Shown: positions 18,738 to 26,535 of the stretch, piece by piece
Position numbering within the stretch: the first letter of the stretch is position 1
Layout: each line of letters opens with the position of its first letter
Assembly (NCBI GenBank): GCA_035358715.1
Contig: DAOPPX010000001.1
Coordinates: 18,412-82,411 of the forward strand
Length of the DNA stretch: 64,000 bases
DNA from: Verrucomicrobiota bacterium
GTDB lineage: Bacteria > Verrucomicrobiota > Verrucomicrobiia > Limisphaerales > UBA8199
Direction of reading: 5' to 3'
The notes under the pieces: model-generated
What the model was told of the DNA's origin: nothing
The model's database searches: none
What the model saw: the letters and a program-made list of their open reading frames with translations, nothing else
Translations under genes and position numbers: made by a program

Positions 18738-19279
18738 ATGCCGTAAATGCGCTCATCATCACCGATGTAGAGATTGAACTCACCGCAGGCCCAAGCCGCT
18801 TCCGTAAGCTGGCGGCCAACATCGCCGATATCCTCGTCCCAAAAGCCCGAGCCATGGCGGTTGCGAGTGAGCCAGAAATCGTGTCCAGCCTCTTCAGCGC
18901 CAAGGCCGGAAGTCTCGATCAACGGCGCGTTGGTTCGTTGAAAGGCAGCGCAGTCGCTTGAAATCTTATTAAGGGTTTCAGACGCCATGTCCGCTATTGA
19001 GTAGTTCTTCTCCAGCGGGTCACCACCGGAGGGCGTGCTGTCATCGTTGCTGCACCAGAATGCGCAGGCGATGTATGCCAGCATGAAGTTGTCGAGCCTG
19101 CCCATGGCTTCCAGCGTGGCGGCGAGTCCTTGCGCCTCGTCCTGCTGGGTGTGCCTCAACTCCTGGATCGCTTCCGGCAGCTTGTCTCGCCAATGCCCGC
19201 TCTCAGCGAGCAAGCAGGATCCCACGCTGTAGAGGGCGCTCCATTGTCCGCCATGCCATTCCAGCAGCCTTTCGGCCAA
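18734..19279 (-). CDS. hypothetical protein
   Basis: 181-aa ORF with a TTG start. GHDFWLTRNRHGSGFWDED segment, recalled from phage/plasmid orphans but not verified. Confidence 0.5.
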   Translation of the reverse strand: MAERLLEWHGGQWSALYSVGSCLLAESGHWRDKLPEAIQELRHTQQDEAQGLAATLEAMGRLDNFMLAYIACAFWCSNDDSTPSGGDPLEKNYSIADMASETLNKISSDCAAFQRTNAPLIETSGLGAEEAGHDFWLTRNRHGSGFWDEDIGDVGRQLTEAAWACGEFNLYIGDDERIYGI

Positions 19280-19364
19280 TTTTGCGTGGGGTATTGCTTT
19301 CGTAAGTTGATCGGGTGGTATTTGTTACCGCCGAAATCAGGATTGCCCTTACCGGCAAATTCGC

Positions 19365-19616
19365 TTACCAGGTCTGCTCCCAGCGAATCCCGTAGTCTCC
19401 TGGATAAAACCAACCGCGTGCCAGGCCGTTGTAGCGGGCACGGTAAATGTCTTTGACGACAGCGCCGGTCGTGCCATCGCGCATGACGACAAGCAGTTTG
19501 CGCCCGTGCCGCCGTATCCAATCCTCCGGCAGGTGCGCGATGCACCAGGCCCATGCCTTCGGTCTGGCGCTTCGTGGAACGTGGTAACGTCTCAGTTCAG
19601 TAGCGCTCCGTGTCAT
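19365..19616 (-). CDS. hypothetical protein
   Basis: 83 aa from ATG 19616. The track start at 19667 is TTG and overlaps the upstream gene. Confidence 0.5.
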   Translation of the reverse strand: MTRSATELRRYHVPRSARPKAWAWCIAHLPEDWIRRHGRKLLVVMRDGTTGAVVKDIYRARYNGLARGWFYPGDYGIRWEQTW

Positions 19617-19645
19617 GGTGAAAACGGTTTCGGGAGGCGACAGGA

Positions 19646-20038
19646 TCAGCCCTGATAACCGGGGCAATGTTTGCTGGAATGCACCTTGGATTTATCCCCC
19701 AAGAGGCACGATTGACAACCCGGCGTCATGGGTTGGCCGCTCACATGCGCGCGGTCTTCTTTGACCCAGGCGTATTGAGTATTGATGTAATAGTGGAAGC
19801 CACGGGAATAGAGGCGGTCGCGCGGCACGATATTGTGTGGTCCCATTACCACAATTTCTCCTTTGGCATAGCCGCCATGAGTCTCATCAACCCGGGCACG
19901 AATCCTGCCCCGCATGAACTGGTTTCCTTCTCCTGGTTCGATCACCTCGATGACGGTGCATCGGGTGCAACCGCCAAAACCGTCGATCAACGCGGAAGCC
20001 GGTGCTCGATAATCGCTATGCGCGAAAATCCTGGGCAT
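19646..20038 (-). CDS. hypothetical protein
   Basis: 130-aa ATG ORF, 11 nt after the upstream stop. Confidence 0.55.
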   Translation of the reverse strand: MPRIFAHSDYRAPASALIDGFGGCTRCTVIEVIEPGEGNQFMRGRIRARVDETHGGYAKGEIVVMGPHNIVPRDRLYSRGFHYYINTQYAWVKEDRAHVSGQPMTPGCQSCLLGDKSKVHSSKHCPGYQG

Positions 20039-20049
20039 TGCAGAAACTG

Positions 20050-20382
20050 TTAGACGGCAATCGCGGTTCGATACGTGGTGAGGGCGTGGGCGTGGAAGCT
20101 CTTGAAGTCGGGACGTTTTTCGAAGGTGACCTTGAGTTCGGCCAGCACTCTCTGGGTTTCTTCAGTCGAGTTTCGTAGCGTGAGGCGAATCGGAGGCGTG
20201 TCACCAGTGAAGCGGATGGTGACCTCGAATGTCTGGCCAACTTGGATATGCTGCGCCTCTGCAATGGCCATGTCGATCAAGCTCGCAGCATCATGGAGTA
20301 ATTGCCAGTGACTGGGATCGGCCCGATGCTCTTTTAGACAGTCCCTGGCTTTTTCGAGAAGTCCGACATTGTATAGGCTCAT
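20050..20382 (-). CDS. hypothetical protein
   Basis: 110-aa ATG ORF. Confidence 0.55.
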   Translation of the reverse strand: MSLYNVGLLEKARDCLKEHRADPSHWQLLHDAASLIDMAIAEAQHIQVGQTFEVTIRFTGDTPPIRLTLRNSTEETQRVLAELKVTFEKRPDFKSFHAHALTTYRTAIAV

Positions 20383-20431
20383 AGTTATGTCTCTGTCCTC
20401 AAAGGTGGATCCGTCGTTGCGTCGCGAGAGG

Positions 20432-21526
20432 CTATAAGGATTTGCTCGCCGGTTTCTCGGTGTGGCCGCAATTCATGCACACAGCAAAGACCTCTTCGTT
20501 TTGGCCGCGGCTGGCTACTTGCCTCTCCCCTCGACAATTCGGACACGGTGCAGGCTGAATATGAACAGAGGCAAACAAGCGGTTCGGTCTGGTGCAGCAG
20601 GGACACGGAACTCCCAGCGGATGAACCGTCCAGCCCTTTGGCAGGTAGTCCTCCCCTCCACAACGCAACGCTCCGGGCAGGGTCGGTTCATCCAGCTTGC
20701 CACACCAATGACGCGCGTGGTCAAAACCCGCGCAGTGCTTTCTGTCCTTGCTGGAGCGCTGCCGGAAATGCTGGCAAGACTCACACGTCCTGGCGATATC
20801 AACAGGCCACGCGCTCATAATCTCAACTACCGCCATCGCATGGCGCACGTAGGGTTTGCGCTCCCCCTCGTCAATCTTGCTCTCGGGAATACTCCACGGC
20901 CCCAGAACGAAATTCTCACCGAAGGGATGCGACGGCGCGAACTGCGGGAGGATCTGTTTGCCAAGGATGTAGCCGACCACGTACCACTCCGCGCCCTGAA
21001 AAGGGAAACAGACTTTTCCCTCCTGCCGCTTCCCGTAGCACCGTGGCAAGCTGCCGACGCAGTAGATTCTTTCCTTGGCACAGGATTGTCCGGCCTGCCT
21101 TGTGCCCCGGAGGACCGCGTCCATCCCTCTGGTGTGCTGGCCGACGCTGACGTAACGGCAGCCATACCACGATTGCCCGTCAATGGTGACAATTACGGGG
21201 CGCACATCGCGACAACCGCAGGCTCTCAGCCAATCCACAAGCGTCAACGTGGGTGCGGTGCCGGGCGTGGACTGGTCGGCCCAGTAGAGTTGCGCCGTCC
21301 TGTCCAGCCAGAATTCGACAGTGCCGGTGGCGTTGGCGAGCTTAAGCCTTACCTGGTGCTTTGTGGCGTCTGTAACTTCGCACAACTGCCCAGCCCAATT
21401 GATTTTTCGCCCGATGTCGGGATGTTCCTTCATGATGCGTCCCTGATTCACAAACTCCAGTTTATCCAATGATGAGCCCCTGTGCATGGGGATGAGGTTT
21501 CTCTCGATCCGTCTCTGTCTGCTCAC
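20432..21526 (-). CDS. hypothetical protein with C-terminal multi-Cys (zinc-ribbon-like) region
   Basis: Up to 364 aa. GTG start at 21526; ATG alternatives at 21487 and 21433. C-terminus has CESC, CPCC, CPNC...CMNC. Confidence 0.6.
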   Translation of the reverse strand: MSRQRRIERNLIPMHRGSSLDKLEFVNQGRIMKEHPDIGRKINWAGQLCEVTDATKHQVRLKLANATGTVEFWLDRTAQLYWADQSTPGTAPTLTLVDWLRACGCRDVRPVIVTIDGQSWYGCRYVSVGQHTRGMDAVLRGTRQAGQSCAKERIYCVGSLPRCYGKRQEGKVCFPFQGAEWYVVGYILGKQILPQFAPSHPFGENFVLGPWSIPESKIDEGERKPYVRHAMAVVEIMSAWPVDIARTCESCQHFRQRSSKDRKHCAGFDHARHWCGKLDEPTLPGALRCGGEDYLPKGWTVHPLGVPCPCCTRPNRLFASVHIQPAPCPNCRGERQVASRGQNEEVFAVCMNCGHTEKPASKSL

Positions 21527-22026
21527 TAATCCACGTTGACGAGGATTTTCGATTTTCCGTCGCGAGTAATCCAGGTCCGCTCGCCACCGGCGTCATGGTG
21601 CGGCAAGCTGATGACGCAGTATTCGCCCCTCCAGTAACAATCGTAGTCAAAGCGCTGGTTACGCAGATTCACGGTTTCGTGTGGGTGGGTTTTGCAATAT
21701 TCAAAGATCTTTTGCTGCCAGGGTTTGCAGCTCGAACGGTGGGTCTTCAGAAAAGTCTCTGTAGGGATGGCCTCCCCCACAAGATAGCTTTTTCCTCCCG
21801 CGATGCTCTTGTCCCAGTTGGCATATTCGTCGGGCTCTTGAGCGTTGGTCCCCAGGCCGTACCGCTTCCACCACCACGACTCGCGCGTGCTGACGATGTA
21901 ATGGTTCTCCCAACGCAACGAGGCGTTGGCGGCTCTGCGGATATCGTCCAGCGTCGCGATGGCCGCCTGTGCCGGGGGCGCCGGGGGTGCATGGACTGCG
22001 ATCGGGAGTTCGAGTTCGCCATTCAT
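21526..22026 (-). CDS. hypothetical protein
   Basis: 166 aa from ATG 22026, 1 nt after the upstream TAA. The track ORF extends to 22086. Confidence 0.55.
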   Translation of the reverse strand: MNGELELPIAVHAPPAPPAQAAIATLDDIRRAANASLRWENHYIVSTRESWWWKRYGLGTNAQEPDEYANWDKSIAGGKSYLVGEAIPTETFLKTHRSSCKPWQQKIFEYCKTHPHETVNLRNQRFDYDCYWRGEYCVISLPHHDAGGERTWITRDGKSKILVNVD

Positions 22027-22027
22027 A

Positions 22028-22570
22028 TTATGCGCAGGAGGCTTCATGCCAGACCTTGGCGGGAATGCCCTCTTCATCCAAAGCACAGAGCAGGTTCAGG
22101 TTGCCGGCGTCGCCCCAGCCGGTCTCGAGGGTGAACAGGTTGGAAGCGCACACACCATGCAGTCCGGGGAAGACGGGGTTCTGAATGAATCGCGGCTGTC
22201 CGAAAAAGGTGAGGTACGGCAAGCGCACGTTGGGTCCGCCAGGAAGATAATAAGTCTCGGCGTCGGTTGTCGGGATAAACTCCACGGCGCCCCCGTCGGG
22301 CGCCCCACTGTCATTAGCGCCAGCAGGCATGAACCGCACCCGATAGCGGTGTCCGCCGAGCGATACCACCACTCCCTCGTGGTGGATAAGCCGACACCCG
22401 TCGTAATATAGGCGGGCTGGTCCGAACTCCGGCAGGCCGAAAACTGAATAGTCTTTTCCGCGAAAAGTGGGCTTTTCTCGGACGAAGGTTCCCTGGAGTG
22501 TGACGGGCTCCTTGGTCTCTAAAGCGGCGTCAACCGTTCGCAGGAGGATCCTGTTCATCTCTTTGCTCAT
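22028..22570 (-). CDS. hypothetical protein
   Basis: 180 aa from ATG 22570; the track ORF extends to 22684. No motif assigned. Confidence 0.5.
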   Translation of the reverse strand: MSKEMNRILLRTVDAALETKEPVTLQGTFVREKPTFRGKDYSVFGLPEFGPARLYYDGCRLIHHEGVVVSLGGHRYRVRFMPAGANDSGAPDGGAVEFIPTTDAETYYLPGGPNVRLPYLTFFGQPRFIQNPVFPGLHGVCASNLFTLETGWGDAGNLNLLCALDEEGIPAKVWHEASCA

Positions 22571-22841
22571 CTTTCGCCTTGTCCAGCGTGGTTCCCTCGA
22601 AGTCCACCCAGATCCAGCCCTCCACGTATGCGCCATTATCCGAGCCTTCGGACACCACGGCATCGTCGTCGAACTCGATTGCACCTTCCCGGCCGAGGCT
22701 CTCTCGGGCCATTTCCACGATCTGCTCCCGGCGCGGGTCGTCGAGGTGCTGTTCGGTCGCCTCGATTGCAGCGGTCAATAGGGCCGGCGGGTTTTGCACG
22801 GTCTTGGCCGCCGTGAGCAGGTCCTGAAACGTTTTGTTCAT
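22530..22841 (-). CDS. hypothetical acidic protein
   Basis: 103 aa from ATG 22841, 4 nt after the upstream stop. Confidence 0.5.
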   Translation of the reverse strand: MNKTFQDLLTAAKTVQNPPALLTAAIEATEQHLDDPRREQIVEMARESLGREGAIEFDDDAVVSEGSDNGAYVEGWIWVDFEGTTLDKAKDEQRDEQDPPANG

Positions 22842-22845
22842 ATTC

Positions 22846-23679
22846 TCAGGCTTGATTGGCCGTCCGCTGCTCGGGCGTTGGGGCAGCGGCATCGGCGGCT
22901 TTGAGGTTCGTTTTCAAATGCTCCACCAACTGTTGAGCGATGATCTGGGTAATGCCGTGCCGCTCAAGCCAAACCAGAACCTGGGCCAAAGAAGCCGCTC
23001 CCGGCCCGTTGTGTTCGGCCTGCCCGCAGCGGGCCAGTCGGCAGCCATAGTCACCGGTCAAAGCGTGATATTCCACATCCCCGAATTTCACGGGCAGGCT
23101 CCGTTCAGTGATGACGCCGCCTTTGACTTCCGCAAACCGCGCTTCGACCGGCCAGCCGTCCTCGCCAGTGCGCCCTTGCATGAGAAAGATGGCCCGACCG
23201 TCTTCGTGTTCGTACAGGGTGCCGGCGAGATGCAAAAGCTCTTTGTAAACCCGCGGGAAATCCAAGGGCATTTCCTGCAGCCAATCGTTGAAGTAACTGC
23301 GGCCGCAGACAGGCAAACCCAAGGCCTCGATATGGCGGCATTTCTCCGCCAGATGTTGGGTCGTCTGCCTCAATTGGTTCGCATCCATCACGGAGAAGGT
23401 GAAATGCTCGATGCTGATGCCTTTCCAGTAGATGTAACCCTGGTGGTCTCGGGTGACGTGCTCCACGCCGGCCAACCAAGGCTTGGTATATTGGCCGGAT
23501 GCCACGGCGTCGTAAACCCCACGAAATGCCCCAACCCCGTGAGGAGTAAGGTGGTTGTTGACGGCCGCCTGCACCAGCGACAAGTGGAACGGCTCCAGGT
23601 CGTTGCCATCTCGGGTGCGCTCGAGAATTTCGAGGCTCATCTCGATCATGCTTGGACCCTCTGTCGTAGTGGCGCTCAT
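22846..23679 (-). CDS. hypothetical protein
   Basis: 277-aa ATG ORF, 1 nt after the upstream TAA. Confidence 0.6.
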   Translation of the reverse strand: MSATTTEGPSMIEMSLEILERTRDGNDLEPFHLSLVQAAVNNHLTPHGVGAFRGVYDAVASGQYTKPWLAGVEHVTRDHQGYIYWKGISIEHFTFSVMDANQLRQTTQHLAEKCRHIEALGLPVCGRSYFNDWLQEMPLDFPRVYKELLHLAGTLYEHEDGRAIFLMQGRTGEDGWPVEARFAEVKGGVITERSLPVKFGDVEYHALTGDYGCRLARCGQAEHNGPGAASLAQVLVWLERHGITQIIAQQLVEHLKTNLKAADAAAPTPEQRTANQA

Positions 23680-23680
23680 G

Positions 23681-24073
23681 TTACGCGGTGCATGCCAGGA
23701 TGCGGTCGTAGCTTTCCTGCTCGGAAGTGGTGAGGACGAAAAGGTCCTTGAGCCGGGAAATCCCTTCCTGTTCGAGATAGCGTTGGAGCGACGGAACGGC
23801 CTTTCCGCTGCCGTTCAAGTAGCCGGCCAGATCTCCTATGTTAAGGTCCTCGCTGCTCTCAGCCCATGCCTTGCGGCCTTCCTGTGTGTTGCTGATCCAC
23901 TGCTCGACCGCCCGGGTGAGCCGTTGTATGGCTTCATCCTTGGTGTGTGCGACCGTGGTAAACTCAATTACCCGAAGGGCATCCACCAGCACACCATCCA
24001 GGCGAATGAAGCAAACTCGGACTTTCTTCATTTTGGCGATTTGTTTGGCGCTCGTTTTCATCGTTCGTCCCAT
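23681..24073 (-). CDS. hypothetical protein
   Basis: 130 aa from ATG 24073 (alternatives: ATG 24061, GTG 24085). Confidence 0.5.
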   Translation of the reverse strand: MGRTMKTSAKQIAKMKKVRVCFIRLDGVLVDALRVIEFTTVAHTKDEAIQRLTRAVEQWISNTQEGRKAWAESSEDLNIGDLAGYLNGSGKAVPSLQRYLEQEGISRLKDLFVLTTSEQESYDRILACTA

Positions 24074-24125
24074 TATCGGCGGCACAGGCGGGATGATGGT
24101 CGGCGGGCGGAAATGAGATTGCAGG

Positions 24126-24635
24126 CTAAGTCGTGGAAGTCCGGTCGGCAGCCTTGAGCATCTCGCCCACCGAAAGGGGTTGGGTCAGCGCTTCGTACGC
24201 GGCCTGTATTTTGAGGAATTCCTCATAGTCGCCGCCGAGGTCCGGGCGGGTTCTCTTGACCGCTGATCGGTAAGCCGCTTTGAGCTGGGCCTCAGTGAAG
24301 TCATCCGGCAAGCCCAGAACGGCGCGCGGTTCTTCCCGCGCCAGATACCCGAGGGTCTGTTTGCGGTATTCCTCGGGCATTTCCGTATAGAACACCGCCT
24401 GGTGACGGAGGCTGGCTGCGCTTCCGGAACGTTCCAGCCGGGCGCGGTCGAGCCGAATGGCCGGCAGATGATCCTCCATGAAGCCCTTGACGTCGATATG
24501 GGCCTTGGTCTTTCGAACGATGAAATAGAGTTCATACCAGACGCCTCCATTGGGCTTCCGCCATTTTCGGTAGAGGTGCTCGCCGATCGGGTGGGCGGTA
24601 CTAGGCTGGATGCTGTGTTGGGGGGTGTCGACCAT
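24126..24635 (-). CDS. J-domain-like protein (RPD instead of HPD)
   Basis: 169 aa. C-terminal AVLGLPDDFTEAQLKAAYRSAVKRTRPDLGGDYEEFLKIQAAYEAL matches J-domain helices II-III. Confidence 0.7.
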   Translation of the reverse strand: MVDTPQHSIQPSTAHPIGEHLYRKWRKPNGGVWYELYFIVRKTKAHIDVKGFMEDHLPAIRLDRARLERSGSAASLRHQAVFYTEMPEEYRKQTLGYLAREEPRAVLGLPDDFTEAQLKAAYRSAVKRTRPDLGGDYEEFLKIQAAYEALTQPLSVGEMLKAADRTSTT

Positions 24636-24791
24636 ACTTCTGGATCCCGTTCAATCGAACATTTCCTCGACCAATACGACGCGCATTCTCGCCAGACCGG
24701 TTTGCTGGGCGCAGCCAAGTCGAATCGAGTGGACGCAGTGATCGCCTCGAAACGGCTTTAGATCACGCCGCACTGGCCAGCCGACTGCCTT

Positions 24792-25223
24792 TCAAAATTC
24801 GTCAATGGATTTGCGCCGCTTGGGTTTGCCCAGGAAGGCCTCGTAGGTTGGTGCCCGGTGGACAGCGAGCGCTTCCGCTCGATGGTTCCCGTCCTGCAAC
24901 GTCCAGCCCCAGGCTTCATGGTAGAGCAATAGAACCGGGGGAAGCCGCTCGCCGCGTCGCAGTTGGCTGAGGTATTTGCGGACTCCGCGCCGGTAATGTC
25001 CCTTGCGGCAAAACGTCTGCCCGGCTTTGGGAAGATCAAGTTTCAAGGTCACGGGTCCTGCCCACAGATAATCGCCCGGATCGAAAGGCAGCGCGAAGGC
25101 TGTCCCCGGTTTGTGAAACCTGGAAAACCAGACTCCTGCCTCGCGCCACTCCTGCCATTTGCCCCGGAGGCTGCGGGCCGCGTCATGCGCGGTTTCAAAC
25201 ACGCGAGGTTTCTTCGCGCTCAC
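24792..25223 (-). CDS. ParB-like nuclease (ParB/Srx fold) domain protein
   Basis: PPVLLLYHEAWGWTLQDGNHRAEAL (DGxHR motif). GTG 25223 forms a GTGA overlap with the upstream stop; ATG 25256 is an alternative. The long track ORF to 25583 overlaps the radical SAM gene. Confidence 0.65.
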   Translation of the reverse strand: MSAKKPRVFETAHDAARSLRGKWQEWREAGVWFSRFHKPGTAFALPFDPGDYLWAGPVTLKLDLPKAGQTFCRKGHYRRGVRKYLSQLRRGERLPPVLLLYHEAWGWTLQDGNHRAEALAVHRAPTYEAFLGKPKRRKSIDEF

Positions 25224-25411
25224 AACCAGCCCACGGTTCGCCCGTTCATGTCCCATTGCTCTCCGATGAGCGAGGCGGCTTCGCGCCGGGTCAAATCGGC
25301 TTTGACCAGCTTGTCCTTCCCGTCGAAGACATCCCATCGCCCGCGGGGGTTTCTCTGCCGATACCAGTGGGGCGGGTTTGGGCTGGCAACCTTTTTCCGG
25401 CGCTTCTTCAT
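25220..25411 (-). CDS. small basic hypothetical protein
   Basis: 63 aa. ATGA overlap with the radical SAM stop. Confidence 0.5.
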   Translation of the reverse strand: MKKRRKKVASPNPPHWYRQRNPRGRWDVFDGKDKLVKADLTRREAASLIGEQWDMNGRTVGWL

Positions 25412-26535
25412 GCAGCCAATTCAACGGCTGGTTGCTCCACCCTCTCAAATTCTCTGAGCAGCGGTTCGAGTTTGGGCTTCTCGCGACGAAGCCACCGGCT
25501 GGCGAATCCGAGGCATCCTCGGCAGCGTTTGCCACCGTTGCAATTCCGGTGCAGCCGCTCTTCGGCCTGGGGGAACTGCTCATGCACCGCCTTCAGCAGT
25601 TCATAGCGCAGAGCGAATAAGCGCAAAGCGCCGCCCCGGATGTGCCCCAACGGTGCTCTGCCTCCGTAACAGCAGACATCGCGGATGCTGCCGTCGGGGT
25701 TAATGGTAAACTTGAGTTCTGGTGCGGGGTGGCAGAGCCCGTCTTGCTGGCCCATTCCATTCTTCAGTGCCCTGCCGGCGGGGCTGAGGCGTTCCGGCTC
25801 AGTCCACTTGGCGTCAACGCCAACGTTGCCGGATTTGATTCCTTCGAGCAGCAATGGGATAGCGTGATGCCCCGGCTGCATCAGGGCTGCGTCCCTGGTA
25901 TCATAATATTCCTCCTCGGACATACGCTCGCCGCACCCGTCACAGCGATGGCTGTTCTCCTCGCAAACCAAAGCTCCGCCGCATTGGCACAAGGGCTCAG
26001 GCAGATCGAACCATTCACAGGGATTTTCCAGGGCCTCCTGGAGGGCCCGCCGGCTGATGATGTGCTTTTCCCCCTTCCGGAACGCATCGTGCCAGATCGA
26101 GTTGGAGATGCGGATGCTCAATCTCTCGCGCGCAACGGATTCGCCGACGATGCCGGCAAACCGGCAGGTGTCCTTCCACGACCGGAGCCACCATCCGTTG
26201 GTGGTCATTTCCATTTCCAGATCCTGGCTCAAAGGGTGACGCCAAATGTAAGTATAGATAGCGGCAAAGCGTTCCAAATCCAGAGTTGGTTCACCGCCCA
26301 GGAGGTTGAGCCGGCTGCGGAAACCCCAGTCCCCGAAGGTCCTTGCGGCCAGGAGGACTTCATCGAGGACTTCGAACGCCATCCAGCCGGCATCCCCTTG
26401 GGGGGCGGCGCCAAACATGCAATGGGCGCAGGCGAAATTGCAGCGCTTGGTCAGGAGAAGGGTGAATGTGACCTCTCGATCCTCTCCGCAGGCGAGAGCG
26501 CTCCGCCATTCTTCGAGTTTACTGGCTTGGTTCAC
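25408..26535 (-). CDS. radical SAM protein with Cys-rich insert and SPASM/twitch-like C-terminal cysteines
   Basis: CNFACAHC (Cx3Cx2C), LLGGEPTL, TTNG. Insert CQCGGALVCEENSHRCDGCG. C-terminal CHPAPELKFTINPDGSIRDVCCYGG and CNGGKRCRGC. GTG 26535 gives a GTGA overlap with the AAA+ stop; ATG 26592 is an alternative. Confidence 0.85.
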   Translation of the reverse strand: MNQASKLEEWRSALACGEDREVTFTLLLTKRCNFACAHCMFGAAPQGDAGWMAFEVLDEVLLAARTFGDWGFRSRLNLLGGEPTLDLERFAAIYTYIWRHPLSQDLEMEMTTNGWWLRSWKDTCRFAGIVGESVARERLSIRISNSIWHDAFRKGEKHIISRRALQEALENPCEWFDLPEPLCQCGGALVCEENSHRCDGCGERMSEEEYYDTRDAALMQPGHHAIPLLLEGIKSGNVGVDAKWTEPERLSPAGRALKNGMGQQDGLCHPAPELKFTINPDGSIRDVCCYGGRAPLGHIRGGALRLFALRYELLKAVHEQFPQAEERLHRNCNGGKRCRGCLGFASRWLRREKPKLEPLLREFERVEQPAVELAA

